This document shows, in pieces, positions 11,985-25,277 of a stretch of 64,000 nt of DNA; the stretch's first letter is position 1; every line of letters starts with the position of its first letter. The translations under genes and the position numbers were made by a program. The notes beneath the pieces were generated by a model. The model was not told the DNA's origin. It saw nothing but the letters and a program-made list of their open reading frames with translations, and did not search any database. The stretch comes from Podarcis melisellensis (taxonomy: Eukaryota): assembly GCA_964234715.1 (NCBI GenBank), contig OZ174278.1, one strand, 5' to 3'.

Positions 11985-12650
11985 TTTTGAAAGATCTGCA
12001 TTGACTCTTCATTTCCAAGCCCGAGTTAAGGTGCTGGTAACTACCTTTAAAAGCCCTAAATTGCATAGGACTTAAATACACCAGGGAGTGCCTCTTCCCA
12101 TAGCAGCCTGCCCATGCCTTATGATCTTTTGAAGAGGCCTTGTTCATAGTTCCCTTTTTAGTACAAGTACACTACACTTCTATGGGACACGGGTGGCGCT
12201 GTGGTCTAAACCACAAAGCCTAGGGCTTGCCGACTGGAAGGTCGGTGGTTCGAATCCCCACAATGGGTGAGCTCCCATTGCTCGGTCCCAACCTAACAAT
12301 TCTAAAGAACGTCAAAGTGCAAGTAGATAAATAGGTACCGCTCCGGCGGGAAGGTAAATGGCGTTTCTGTGCACTGCTCTGGTTTGCCAGAAGTGACTTA
12401 GTCATGCTGGCTACATGACCCGGAAGCTGTATGCCAGCTCCCTCAGCCAGTAAAGCAAGATGAGCGCCGCAACCCCAGAGTAGTCCGCGACTGGATTTAA
12501 TGGTCAGGGGTCCCTTTACACTACACTTCTACAGAAGAGAGGGCATTTTCTATGTTGGTGCCCTGTTTTTGGAATGCCCTCCCTCTAGGCTCATCTTGCA
12601 CTGGCATGGCAAACCATTTAGTGCCTTCCTATTTGCCCTGGCATGTTAGA
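11985..12650 (+). mobile_element. Old L2 3' fragment interrupted by a Sauria SINE
   Basis: Decayed match to the L2 C-terminus (aaggtgctggt..acctttaaaagccctaaa, agggcattttct..ggtg..tggaatgccctccc). Ends approximate. Confidence 0.55.
12183..12519 (+). mobile_element. Sauria SINE (Squam1/POM-like), full length
   Basis: gggacacgggtggcgctgtggtctaaacc head, B-box ggttcgaatccc, tail ggggtccctttac. TSD ACTACACTTCTA at 12171-12182 and 12520-12531. Confidence 0.92.
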
Positions 12651-12994
12651 TTGCAGAAGATTTTTTGGAATTGTGTTCTGTCCTGCTTTCTTGTATTCTT
12701 ATTATACAAATGTGTTGCTTTTTAATTGCTGCAAGTTGGTTGGGTGACGAGCAGGAGGGGAGGCAAGGGGTTTGCCCCACACTCTCTTTGGCTGGGATTG
12801 GACTGGCTGTCTTTTGGTGGCCTTCCAAGCCTCTGATTCTGTGAACAGAAACACATTCACATACACACAAGAGCATGCAAAACTATTGGGATATTAAATA
12901 AACAAACCTATTACTGTGAACAAACATATACATTAAAAAAAACCCACAAAGGCCGCTTTAACAACCTCTCATGTGCATGCCAACAAAATCTCAC

Positions 12995-13054
12995 CTTCTA
13001 CTGGAAGTGAACACAAGGAGTCCATGCTTTTAGCTGGCCGAATGGTGACTTTTT
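12995..13054 (-). CDS. ARHGAP31: ARHGAP31 exon 9 equivalent (60 nt), EKVTIRPAKSMDSLCSLPVE
   Basis: Translated by hand because it is absent from the ORF track. Acceptor ctgcAG, donor AAG|GTGAG, phase 1/1. Confidence 0.93.
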
Positions 13055-14050
13055 CTGCAGAAAGAAAGGTTATAACACACTTAATTTAGTGCTCTGGGTT
13101 TTTGGGAGATTGAAGTGTAACTCCAGAATACAGTGCAATTACATGGAAACTAACTTTTCCAAGTGCAGTGTAGAAAAGGTTTTATTCTCCAGGGAAAACT
13201 CAGAGCAGCTTCATCTGTGATTTGAAGCTAAGAATGTCAGACTAGGGAAGAATGAACTCTTTCCTATTATTTCCACAGTTATTTTCCTACCTTGCTGAAA
13301 AGGGGCAATACATGTTTGGCATGTTTATCTGCCCAAATACAAGTGAATTTTTTATAGGGTTTTTCCAAACCACTAATTCTCCAACTTGCATAATTGTGCA
13401 TGGTTCGCCATTGTGCATAGTTTGGCAGCTTCTGTTTGGACACATTTTGTTTACTGAAGACACATATCTGTAACTGCAAAGATGCAGATAATATCAGTTG
13501 TGTCTCTTTGCTATTTCATCTCAAGGGAGAATGTAGGGGACCTAGTATAGCATTAATGAGATGTTAATTTCCCCGTAAGTAGATCCCTAATCAGGAGCAC
13601 AAATCAATACAAAGTGCAGACTCCACCAACCTTTCCCAGTATATTTTGGGACCAATCCTTGCTAAAATGACTGGCAGATACATATTCCTAGTAACAGAGC
13701 TCTGGCACAAATATTTGACCCCTCTAGCTGTTTGCATGTAGCTGGTTGAAGAGATGCATGTTCACCCCAGTACTATAATGGGGCGTATTCAGAGTCTTTT
13801 GCTATGACTGCCTCTCATTGTCCCACTGAAGGGATACTCCGTATGACGCATGAGGTTAAATATGCGATCTCCCCTCTGCTCCCTTCAAAAGTCTTTCTTG
13901 CCATCTCTGAAATCCTTCGAGCTTTATTAGCATGAATGCCCCCTTGCAATGTGGTGGAACATTTCTGTACTACACAAAGGAGGAGAGGCAAGGCTGAGCT
14001 AATGGAGGAAAGACAAGTCTCCCCCAGTGAGGGCCACAAACAATCCTTAC

Positions 14051-14175
14051 CAGAGAGCTTCTGTCCTCGGACAAACACACTCCCATTTCGACTCAGTTTG
14101 GTCTTGGCTTCTGATCCAGACCGGCCCAGGTTGAATATTGACTTCCACTTCTTGGATTTTGTGGATAACTTTCTC
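14051..14175 (-). CDS. ARHGAP31: ARHGAP31 exon 8 equivalent (125 nt), RKLSTKSKKWKSIFNLGRSG...
   Basis: Basic-rich region of CdGAP. Acceptor ttccAG, donor CTG|GTAAG, phase 2/1. Confidence 0.95.
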
Positions 14176-15209
14176 CTGGAAGAGAAATTTAGTATGATTT
14201 CTATGAAAAGCAAGTAGGCTCAATGTGTTTGTCTTGCAGCTGTCTCCATTCCATTTTTTATTTATTGCATTCAAACATGCAAACCTTTGCGCTCTCTCTC
14301 TCTCTCTCTCTATATATATATTCATTGTCTTATATAGGCAAGAGTAGAGGCCAATTGGCCCCATCATTTTCAATCAGAAATAAGCATCAGCAGCCTTTAA
14401 AAATTCAAGCTTTAATATTACATCAGGGCATCAAGAATGTCTCTCTCACACACATATTGCATGCATTTGCATATTATATGTATTATTATTATTATTCTTT
14501 ATTAGATTTACACCCTGCACCTTCCTCCAAAATTGCTCTGGGCAGCATATTTTATTCTAGTTCCAGGATTCAGGTTTTTCTTACATTTGGAGTTGACACA
14601 GCAGGGCTGTTTGTCATAAGGCAGGGCTATGTAACATGAAGGCAGCCTATCAGTTTTGAATAGTGGAACATAGGAACTCTCAATAGCCCTCCTGTTTTTG
14701 CTGCCTTCAGGGGCCGTGCACACAGAACACATTGCTGATGGGCTGCATTCAGTTTTCTCGGTTAAGAGCAGAGATATTGGAGAATTCTGACAAAAACAGG
14801 AGCAGGAATTGCTGGCGTTCACTTATTCATTCCATGTCTGGAACAAAAATGAATTGTAGTTTGCTAACGATATGTTGTCGGTGGCTTTCCCCTGTCCCCC
14901 ATTTGCCCTGCGTTTCCTTTGCACTGAAATGAATGGCGCTGAATGAGGTAATGATAATGCAACAAATTATGTAGAATTTTGGCACAGTGGACAGCGAGTG
15001 GAATAGTGTCGTTTTTGTCTGAAGCCAAATTGCTGTGGCACAGAAACACAGCTGCATGCAACGAATACGGGGCGGAACAGAAACCAGAACCTCCTTAAAT
15101 CCCTATTCACAAGTTGCCAAGACGTTCCATAAGGATTTCTACGATAATGTATGTGTAGTTGCTAAGATATTCTACAACATACTGATTATTAACATTCACG
15201 GTGGGAAAG

Positions 15210-15343
15210 ACTCCCCCGGAAGGTGGTGGACTTTCCTTCACTGGAGGTTTTTAAACAGAGATTGGGTGGCCTCTGCCATGGATAATTGAGATTCCTGCAT
15301 TGGACTAGATGACCCTTGGGGTCCCTTCCAACTCTACAATTCT
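15210..15343 (+). mobile_element. CR1-type LINE 3' end
   Basis: ccttcactggaggtttttaaacagag...gattcctgcattggactagatgaccc...cccttccaactctacaattct. This is the tail used by the short SINEs. Confidence 0.75.
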
Positions 15344-15354
15344 GTTTCGATATA

Positions 15355-15572
15355 CAGTGGTACCTTGGGTTAAGAATTTAATTCGTTCTGAAGGTCCATT
15401 CTTAACCTGAAACTGTTCTTAACCTGAGGTACCACTTTAGTTAATGGGGCCTCCTGCCGCCACCACCGCGCGATTTCTGTTCTCATCCTGATGTAAAGTT
15501 CTTAATCTGAGGTATTATTTCTGGGTTAGCGGAGTCTGTAACCTGAAGCATTTGTAACCTGAGGTACCACTG
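15355..15572. mobile_element. Tc1/mariner MITE
   Basis: TIR cagtggtacct / aggtaccactg with TA TSD. Same family as 8836-8997. Confidence 0.9.
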
Positions 15573-16164
15573 TACAATGCTTAGCTGGCCATGTGGGAGA
15601 AAGGAGAGTCTGACTGGAGCAGGCCCTGATGTTTTCTCTGCCTGCCTGACTCTCTTTTTTCCTTCCCATGGGGCAACTGGTCTCTTCAATTCAGGGCCAG
15701 TCACTTTCTCTCAGCCTATACTACCTCACGGGGTTATTGTGAGGATAAACTGGAGAGAGGGAGAATCGTGTTTGCCACCTTGAGCAACTTGCAGGAAAGG
15801 CAGGATAGAAATGTAAGACACAAAATAAGGTGAAATGACCTCAGGCCTCTCAGGACTAAATTCATCACAGCCTCTCATTCAAGCTAATGCTTCTTTGGAT
15901 TAATAAGTTTCCTGTGATGGTCTTACAAAGATGTTGTTATGCAGCGGCTGTAAGTTATTGCACACCACAGATTTGATTGAATACCCTAGGCACAGTAATT
16001 TAAGTAACTTGAAAGCAGTGCTGACAACTCCACGGAGGCCGGATGACATAAGGCTCACGTTAGCACTTCTGCCATCTTGCAAGAGTCTCCGCATTGTGCA
16101 CCTGGAATGAGAAGTAGGGCTCTCAGCTGCCCTTCACATACAAGAACAAATGTGAGGTACAGTA

Positions 16165-16167
<3 letters not shown>

Positions 16168-16215
<48 letters not shown>
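16168..16215. repeat. (GA)n microsatellite
   Basis: About 24 units, read directly. Confidence 0.95.
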
Positions 16216-16220
<5 letters not shown>

Positions 16221-16641
16221 CACGGCATGTGTCATTGGGGCAGGTCACCAGCAGGTGGCTCTCTTACGACAGACGTCTCAAGAACCGATTGCCATTCAGC
16301 TCACATTGATCAAAACTTGTAAATGAAGGAAAGTGGGAAAAGCCATTTCTCCAAAACAAGCCTATATTCGTCTCTTTTTTTCCTGACTAGTAAGAGACAT
16401 TTACACTGGTGGGGAGCCATAGCTCAGTAGTGACACACATGCTTTGCATCCATAATGCCCCAAGTCTCCACCGATAAGCAACAAAGAATGGAAAACAACT
16501 GGAAGGGCCACGGAGGATCACAGGGAGCACTGCTTGGCTAGAAGAGGCTCTGGTCTCCGCTCCCCATGTTCACGTGACAAGGGAAGCCTAGTCCATCTTT
16601 TGAGTCCAGCTTTCAGATAAGGGAGAGATGGAGCCACTTAC

Positions 16642-16840
16642 TTGCTGTCAGGTAAGTCAAGGACGGTGTGGAAGAAGGAGCCTGTGACTGGAACGATTTC
16701 TGGTAAACTGTTCTCCCTCCGCTCTTTGCGGGCAGGATGGCAGGCGGACAGGCTCCGGGCCTGTGCTTCTTCCAGACTCACCAGCTTCATCGGCAGAGAG
16801 GTGGAGGGCAGTGTCAAGCTCTTCATAATGGGCTTGTTCT
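16642..16840 (-). CDS. ARHGAP31: ARHGAP31 exon 7 equivalent (199 nt), NKPIMKSLTLP...LPDSK
   Basis: Contains LPMKLVSLEEAQARS and HPARKERRENSLPEIVP. Acceptor tttccAG, donor AA|GTAAGT, phase 1/2. Confidence 0.95.
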
Positions 16841-18483
16841 CTGGAAAGCGACAGGGATAGGAAATTGCAGAGCCCAGCCTGGTTTGAGGGTGGTGGAGCA
16901 GGATAACGGAAGGTCCTCAGTGGGCCCCTCAAGCGTTTTCTTTTCTGATTGAACCCTTCCAGCGAAAACATTTTTTGGGAGCGTGCTTGTTGGTTGAATT
17001 CTCCTCTTACATAGCAATCTAATCCATTGCCCCTGCCTTCCACCCCAGCAGGTCCCTGGTCACGAGCCAGACTCCATAGTGCTTTGGCACATATCTTCTA
17101 AATACGAGGCCTGAAGATCCCTGCTGAACTGAACTTTAGGACGGCTCAGCTCCAGCTCCGACCTTTGAGATGAATGAACTTTCTCATCCCCTCCCAATCA
17201 CTTCAGGGGATTTGTTCTAAAAATTGCTGCCTCTTTTCCTATTTAAGAAATGACAAATCTTGTTAGCAGGAAGTGTCAAAGTGCCAGGTCTGGAACTGGG
17301 GGACAGGGGGGGGGTCTCATCCACACTTCCACTTGTCTTGTGCCTAGAAAGCACTTTCAAAGCATGGGTCCATGTGGTTTTCCCCTTGCCCCAGTAATTT
17401 CTCAGGGAAAACCTGCTCTTTAGTGCTAAATCAGAGCAAACATCAATCCAGAGAAAACCTGAATTGCTGATTGCTTTGATTAAGGGCTAAAGAGCAGTTT
17501 CCCCTGGGTGAAAGCAGTGCGACAAGAGGAAGTGTGAATAAGCCCAAACTCCTGTGGAGGCCATTTTCCAGAGCTGGTACTTTAGCACTTCTCATTAATG
17601 ACAACAGTAGTCACTGATAAACAGAAAAGGCAATGGTTAAGCAAACAAACCCACTAAACTTCCCTTGCAGAAAAACGGGGAGAGGGACATTTTTCAGATG
17701 CTTCTGTGGGTGGCGGCAGGGGCACATGCCAGTGGTCAGTGTGGCCATAGGCATATGTTGGGGAGGCTTCCCACCCCTACAGTAAAATAAAGGGTGGAAA
17801 CAAGCAAAACATAAGGAAACAAAGATGGGTTGGAATTAGGAGAAAAACAGCAGACTGTACCAAGCCAAGGTTGCCAAGGTCCATAAATTTAACAATGGGC
17901 TATAAATTGTAAACAATAACTACCGTATACTTAGGGTCTGTTTAGATGCTGTTAGGGCCATCACGCAAAAGCCATTTTAATTTGCTACTCAAGGCAACAG
18001 TTAGTATTGTGGCACCTCTCCTTTGGGTGCCACCACACTATGTAATATGTTACATATTAGATGGGTGTCATCTCTGTTGCCTTTTTGGTGCCTATTGAAG
18101 ACTTTCCTCTTTCAATAAGACTTCTAAGTGGAGGTTTTTCTCCCAGTCTGTATCTGCATTACAACTAAATACAACTCTTTTTATATGTGGACTTGCTTTT
18201 TAATCACTTTTTACACTTTTCTTATTTCATGGCTGTAAAAAACTGTTTCATCTAGTTTTTTAAAAAATATTTGTGTATTTTATGGTTGTAACCCACCCTG
18301 GGACCCAATGGGAAAGAGCGGGTAAGAAATCTTAAATAAAGAAATAAATGCCTGTAGTATTATTATTATTTTAATCAAGTCTGTTTGCATGCTGCCCCAT
18401 CAACACAATGTTCTCTGGGTGGCTTCTTGTGGATGTGGATTTGGTCATTTCTGACACGGAAGGATTAGCTCAGAAGGACTCAC

Positions 18484-18629
18484 CCTCATTTTCCTTCGGT
18501 TTGGCAGGGATGTTGTCACTGAAGATTTCGCCCACATGGTTCAGTATGAACTCAAACACCAGCTGCTGGACTCGCACCTCCAGGAAAGCTGCGTCTCCAT
18601 TGCAGCCTACAGCCTCAATCTCCTTGGAC
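18484..18629 (-). CDS. ARHGAP31: ARHGAP31 exon 6 equivalent (146 nt), end of the RhoGAP domain
   Basis: SKEIEAVGCNGDAAFLEVRVQQLVFEFILNHV. Acceptor cacAG, donor G|GTGAGT, phase 2/1. Confidence 0.95.
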
Positions 18630-18787
18630 CTGTGACACAGGAAAGGAGGAGGTTGGAAGAGCAATCCCCAAGCCATTGCTTGTCAGGAACAGAATCATAG
18701 AATATCAGAATCCTAGAGCTGTAGAGTTGGAAGGGACACCGAGGGTCATCTACTGAAGTGTCAACCCCATTAAGCCTTCTCTGTACC

Positions 18788-18789
<2 letters not shown>

Positions 18790-18820
<31 letters not shown>
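18790..18820. repeat. (CA)n microsatellite
   Basis: Read directly. Confidence 0.95.
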
Positions 18821-18823
<3 letters not shown>

Positions 18824-19564
18824 TCCCTCTAACTAGATGTGATGTTAAAGGCATCCTTTTATTTAACACCCAGGGTTTTTTTTTAAAAAAAAGATGCAAG
18901 CTCTGTGTGTATGTGAGTATGTGAGTGAGTGTGCGGCTAATAGTTATCAGGGTGACAATAATTATCACGCTGGCTACCACAGAGGAAAGGTGGGATACAA
19001 GTATATCGTAAATAAATAAAGAAGAGCTGTTCTTTTAAAAGATACTAAACAAATAAAATAGAGTAAGATTCCCCCTCCCCAAAAAAAACCTAATGAAAAA
19101 GAACCACCAGCATATCAGCAGAAACAAATGCATAGGCCTAAATCATTTCAGATTACTTCAAAGAGCATTCTGATCAAATGCTTATCTGAACAGCACTCTT
19201 TTAACTTGTCGACTGAAGACAGAAATTTATGGCCCAGACTTATCAGCAATGAACCAAAGAAGAGATCTTTAGACTGCAGCACATTTCTTTTATTCTTTTA
19301 TAGATTTTTTGTTTGCTTGCTTGTTTTATCCCACTTTTCTGGAGAATCTCATTGCAAAGCAGTGTCTATGGATTTTGGTGGGACAGCAACCCCAGGGGAA
19401 AACGAAAAGGGCAGGGAATGGAAGCCTGACTGAAAGCATGAGAGATTCTTCCATGGAACACTCTGTCTGGAAACGATACTGCTGCAAGCTGTCTAGGAGG
19501 CATTTTATACTCTCAAAAGACCTGGTGTTTTCCGAGGCACCGATGCGACACAGGACATTGGGAC

Positions 19565-20185
19565 TAGGGAAGGGCAAATGTGTCCATTTCTTTTTGTAAT
19601 CTTAAATTCAGTTCACCACATTTCTGCAACCGTTTGTGCATTTGTTTCATTTTTTTAAAGTTCATGAATATTCACCAGCATTTTACTGCACATCCCTCTT
19701 ACTATACCTATTTTTGTGTGCAATTTTACTTGATATTCTGTATTTATGTATGAGAGTTTCGCAGATGTATGCATTTCAATGCATACTTTCTCACAATAAA
19801 TGCAGTTACACATGCATTTCTGTCATTGATAAACTGTAACACAAAATTCGGAGAAGTGCAAAATTCAGAGAAGTGCAAATTTCAGAGCATGACTGCATTT
19901 CAGTTCATGGATTAATTGATTGATTGATTTGCTTTCTCTAGTTTACTTGTGTCCAGCCTTTCCTCCATGGAGTTCAAGGTGGCATGTGTGGTTTTCCCTC
20001 TCCCCATTTTATCCTTACCACAACCCTGCGAGGTAGGTTAGGCTAAGAGAGAATGACTGGCCCAAACCCATCCTGTGAGCTTCCTATCTCTCCCAGCTCC
20101 TAGTCCAGCACTCTAACCATGATGCCACACTTAGGTATACATTTGCATTAAAACACAAACTGAACTGAATTTATCCTCATCCCTA
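19565..20185. mobile_element. Non-autonomous hAT-like element containing a MIR-like insert (~19925-20130)
   Basis: Ends TAGGGA...TCCCTA. 8-bp TSD ATTGGGAC (19557-19564) and ATTGGCAC (20186-20193), 7/8 match. Confidence 0.7.
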
Positions 20186-21490
20186 ATTGGCACAAGGGAC
20201 TTTCAGAGGGGCTGGGTCCACAGGAGCTGCAGATACCAGCTCCCACCATAAATAGCCTACCTTGCCAAGGGATTTCCTGGCAGGCCATTTCACTTTGCAG
20301 ACAAAGCATGGTGTGATTCAGCTGCAGCAGTGCTAGTTACAGCTGGGGCTGGGGCAGCTTAAGCTAATCCTCAGGATTTAGTTTATCTCTGAGTAGAACC
20401 ATCACATCAAAAAAACATCAAGTGGGGATGGAAGGGAAAGCATCAACTGTGAGCATCGCAACTCCTCTTGGTGAATTTTGTGGGCCTTGTGCTTTTCCCA
20501 AATGCCTGTTTCTTGTTCTCCATCGCCTCGCTGGTATGGACAAACCAATCTCTCCTTCCACCCACATCCCCCCTCCCGCCCCCAAACAGAGTAGCAGACA
20601 AACTGTTCCTTATCATGACATGCCAAAGTGTTACTGAAGACATTATCTCTGGGCAGCGAATCCTTTGTAAAGTTAATGGCTGGAGTGTGAGATAAAGCAC
20701 AGAGGGGGCTTTTGCCGGTGGGATAGCCATGTAAGGAAACTACAGCTGTGCCTCCCGCTTCTTTCAAGTTCTCCTTGGGACCTATATTTATAAAGGGAAT
20801 TAGACTCCCATCAAAAAAGAAAGAGGACCATAGATAGAATGAAAGATTTTGAGCTGTGGGTGTTCAGCAGATTTAACATCTCTTGCAGTTATCGTGGGAC
20901 CTTTTCTGCCTTGTTTGCAGTTGCAAAGATTGAGAGAGTTTATCCACCCAGGACCAGCTGTTTTCTTTGCTATTTATTTTTATTAACAAAATTTATATAC
21001 CACTTGATTTTTTAAGAAGTACCTCTAAGCAGTTTACAAAAGCTGAGGAAGTTTATCTACCGTTATTCAGCTAGGTGACAATGCTCCTTATTTTTTCTTA
21101 TGCTATTCTAGTTGCCAGGCTATCGCATAAATGAACCAGGATTCCTCAACTGAGCTATCTTTAGCAATAGCTCACAAATGACTGTTATACATGCACTATG
21201 GATATCATTGACCAGGGACTTCATGTCCATAAGACCAGTTGAAACAAATATGACATGTGACTCTCATTTATTGTGTTGGGTTGTTATAAGTAGAAAAACC
21301 CATCAGATATTTCTATTTTTCATAAAACATTGCAAAACTTAATTCTGGGAACTGCTTGCGTTCCAATATAATATCAAACCATAGTTTAGTGCTACCCATC
21401 TGGTTCTGTTTTCAACCAATCACACTTTTTCTTCCACCCTAACCAGGACAATCCATGGTAAGTTTAAGCTACAGTTGAATTACAGTTGAA

Positions 21491-21739
21491 CTGCTAACCT
21501 AGCAGTTTGAAAGCATGCCAGTGCAAGTAGATAAAAAGGTACTGCTGCAGCAGGAAGGTAAACAGCCTTTCCGTGTGCTCTGGCTTCCGTCATGGTGTTT
21601 AGTCATGCTGGCCACATGACCCAGAAAGCTGACTGTGGACAAATGCCGGCTCCCTTGGCCTGAAAGTGAGATGAGCACTACACCCCATAGTCTCCTTTGA
21701 CTGGACTTAAGCGTCCATGGGTCCTTTACCTTTTTACCT
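21491..21739 (+). mobile_element. 5'-truncated Sauria SINE
   Basis: gtgcaagtagataaa, agtcatgctggccacatgacc and ACCTTT-type tail. TSD TACAGTTGAATTA at 21470-21482 and 21740-21752. Confidence 0.88.
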
Positions 21740-22054
21740 TACAGTTGAATTAAGCAGTAGCTCATGCACAGGGTTGAAGGCAATGGTGTCATCCTGCTGG
21801 TGCTGTCTTGTTGGGATGAGGCGCTGGTGAGGTCAGATGGGTTCATCAACCCAAGCACCTCTGACTTTGCTCCCTTCCTGCCACAACCAATGCAGCGTTG
21901 TTGTCACTGAGAAAACATCACTGCTTCCATACACCCTTGCAAGCCACCACTGGCTGGATCACTCTAGCCAGTTCTTAAACTTATCGCAAACTCCAATAGA
22001 CATTCTTAGTGCTCCCCGCATTGCGATGTGAAAGAATCAGAGCGTCTACTGTAC

Positions 22055-22162
22055 CTGAGGAGATTAGGTGCCCACACTAAAGCGAGGTTCCTGGTGTGCA
22101 TGTTGGTCGTGCTGCTGAAGGACGCTAAGTGAGTTAGGTGCTTGCTCAGGTATTCCAGGGTC
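22055..22162 (-). CDS. ARHGAP31: ARHGAP31 exon 5 equivalent (108 nt), RhoGAP domain
   Basis: TLEYLSKHLTHLASFSSTTNMHTRNLALVWAPNLLR includes the RhoGAP NM..NLA.VWAPNL motif. AG/GT ends, phase 2/2. Confidence 0.95.
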
Positions 22163-23244
22163 CTGCAATGGTGTGACAAAGATAAAAAAAAAACACTCAC
22201 ATTGATACTTGCACATGCGGTTATGTCTTGGCCAACTGGGTCTGTTCAGAGAAGACAGGTGCCCAACATCCCCAAGCACCACATTAAATGTCTTAAACGA
22301 GTCAAGAGCTACAACCCATGACACTCATGCTAGCCCAATAACCTCTCCCCACTTGCATCCCTATTTTCCCTCTATCATCCCTTGCTTCTCCTCCTGCCAG
22401 TCCACCTGTGCCCCCTTATCTCTTCCCTTCACTGAGTTGCCCAAAGACCATGTTGCTCCTTCTCACAATTCTCGACTCTTTCCATCGTATCGTGTTTTTG
22501 AAAGGAGATAAGGAAGAAGCAAAGATCATCTACCCTGAGTTGCCTGGGAGCCGCACATGGCCAGCTGCTAGTGCTGCTATCCGCCACAGTGTCTACAGAT
22601 GTGATACTCGGAAGCAGATCTACCAGTAGGGCAGAGCCGCAGCAACAACCTCCCAGCAGCAGCACTGCTGCCACTTACCGAGACAGTGAAGGTTGGAGCT
22701 GGTGAGAGTGCTGGACTGGTGCACCATGCATGCAACTCCAAGCTCACCACTCCCTCTTTGGGTAAGTGGCAGTGGCATTGCTATTCAGAGGCTATTGCTG
22801 TGGCTCCCCCACCAACACAGCTCCTGGTTACAAAGCAGAGTTCTACAATACAAAATAAATAAAAGGGTCCCTGACGTCTTTACTGTTAGAAGTGAGTGTG
22901 ACAAAATCAGCAATAGCCTCCCGGCAGGTACAAGCAACTGCTAACACCCGAGTAGCTCTGAAACATAAGATCAGCCTTTATTATAGGTAAGACCACTGCA
23001 CAGAACTTATTCACAATTTGCCATGTGCATTCTGTGGGTTTCTGGGGAGAAGAAGCTTCAAAGATAGTCATCTTTCCTTGAACAGGTGAATCAAGTCTGG
23101 CTAGTGCAAATAAAGAAAGGTGAAAATAAAGTAGTTGACTCACCGGCTGAATGCTTAGGTAATTCAGGTAACTACCATTAATCATTACTAAGATTGTCCC
23201 TAAAACTTAGAAGCCAAGGCTTAGAGGCCAGGTTTCTCTTTTAC

Positions 23245-23327
23245 CTGTAATGAGATGGCGGAAGTTCCTGGATGGCATTTTGAATTTGGGCCAGCTGGTC
23301 TTCCTCCGGGAAGCACGATACTGCCTC
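23245..23327 (-). CDS. ARHGAP31: ARHGAP31 exon 4 equivalent (83 nt), EAVSCFPEEDQLAQIQNAIQELPPSHYR
   Basis: Translated by hand. Acceptor ttcAG, donor AG|GTAA, phase 0/2. Confidence 0.94.
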
Positions 23328-25277
23328 CTGAATAATAGTAATAATAAAATAATCATAAAGTCAAAGACCTGTAGGACTGAAAAAGACTTCAAGGGTTAAT
23401 TAGTGCATTACTTCCCGAAAGCAAAAATCACAAGTCAACTATCTCTAAACCAGGAAATTATGATTAATGCCTTCAGAACACAACAGGATATCAAGGCATC
23501 TTCAAACCATGGTTTATTATGCTGGCTTCTAAGCATCATTTTGCTGAAATGATAAAATGATAGTTCATGGGGAAACTTCCTAACTTATTTGCTCACTTGT
23601 AGCAAGGGAGGAGGGCAGAAATTGGGTACATACCCAAAAGGCCTCTTAAGTTGAGACATGATTGCCTAAACATGGTCAACATCTTTCTGGCTTCTTCAAC
23701 TTCCCCCGCCCACTGCACCTTCCATTTGGAGACACCCCTGAGTACCAAATATAGGAAACTCAATGGATTATGTGTTCACTTAGCTCACTGTTGTATGCTG
23801 CAACTGGCAGAACTCTCTATAGTCTTAGGAAGAAATCTTTCCAATCAACCTTATGAACTAGAGATGCCATAGACTGCTGCTGAAACCACTTGCGCTACTA
23901 CTGAGCTATGGCTGTTCTCCAGAGAAGTGGCAAGAACCCCCACCTAGGGTACCAATAGGGGATTTTCTCTATTGTTGTTGTTGTTGTTGTTGTTTCTGCC
24001 CTTCACCAATAATTACAACAGGTTATAGCAATTTAAAATTAATAACAGTTAAAACAGATTACTCACACGAATAGTGTGGTCCCTGAAAACCAACATCTCA
24101 GGTGTCAAAAGCCAGGATAAAGAGGGGCTATGCAAAATAGCAGCTTCAGAGGAAGGATTTCCCCCCTTCTCGAGGCATGTTCCCCATACTTACCACCCCC
24201 TCCCCTGTGAATACTGTTTGCATTTAAAGGAATATGCACGTTGAAGACAAAGGTGCCATCTCACATCCTGCCTAGTTGAATTGCTGTTCTCTGAGCATGT
24301 CTCCTGCTAGGAAGAAGGCACACTCAAAGCAGTGACTCATGCAGATACATGGGTGGCAGACGCACCTGAGGGCATGCAATTCTGCTGCTTCTCTGCACCA
24401 GTTGTGATTAGAGGTCCATCATATTTGACTCATCGCTGCTCCGCTGTGGGTGGATACTTTGGGTTTCCTAATTAATTGCTCATAGCACATTAGCACGTCC
24501 CTTGCAACGCAGTCATGGGAAATGCTGTTTGTTCCAAGCCAGACCAATGATTCACCCACCTGGTGCTAATAAGAAGATGCTGGTTCCTTAACTGAAGCTC
24601 ACACTGAACCTTTCACATTAGTGGGGGGAAACGGGTTGCCCAGAGACAGTCCCTTATTTGCAAAAATTCACTTCTATAAATCCTCTCTCTTTTATCAGTT
24701 CTTTCTCTCTTTGTTTCCTGTCATTTTCTAAACCAGGTATGTTTGCTAAAATGAGAGGCGGAGAGAAGGGGAAACAGCACAAACAGAGAGCAATGCATCA
24801 CTTTGTGAGCATTGCAGGAAAGAAAACCCTGCAATGATTTTCTGTATTTTCATTGAGCTCTCTTATAAAGTGTGTCGGGATGAAAGGGAGCAGAAATCTA
24901 TGCTGCATTAAATATTCACTACCATAATTAGGCAGCTGTATACAGGTAGTGTAATTTGTATGGCACAAGATTGGAGATACTTGCTGTAATAGCACCTTAG
25001 GAACGTGATTGTATAGTTTGACAGAGGTGGTGCATTCTGCTTCCCACACACTTCTCCCAGCATCCCATATTACTCAGTATTCCCAGAGTTTAACAAAACT
25101 CATAGTTTTCTCACAAGGCAAGCCCTTAATCCCATTTTACAGATGTGATGACATGGGATAAGCCAGTGACTTGGCCAAGCGCAGCAGTGCTGGGAGACTG
25201 AGAAGAAGATGGGGTAAAAAAAAAAGAGAATTAGTAGCCTCTGCCTGCCATTGGCTTTGGCTCTGCCTACTGTTGGC

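Noticed and set aside
22662-22780. Imperfect hairpin as a miRNA precursor (similar one at ~44045-44182)
   Set aside because: The loop is long, there are many mismatches, and no mature miRNA was recognised. More likely a decayed MITE palindrome.
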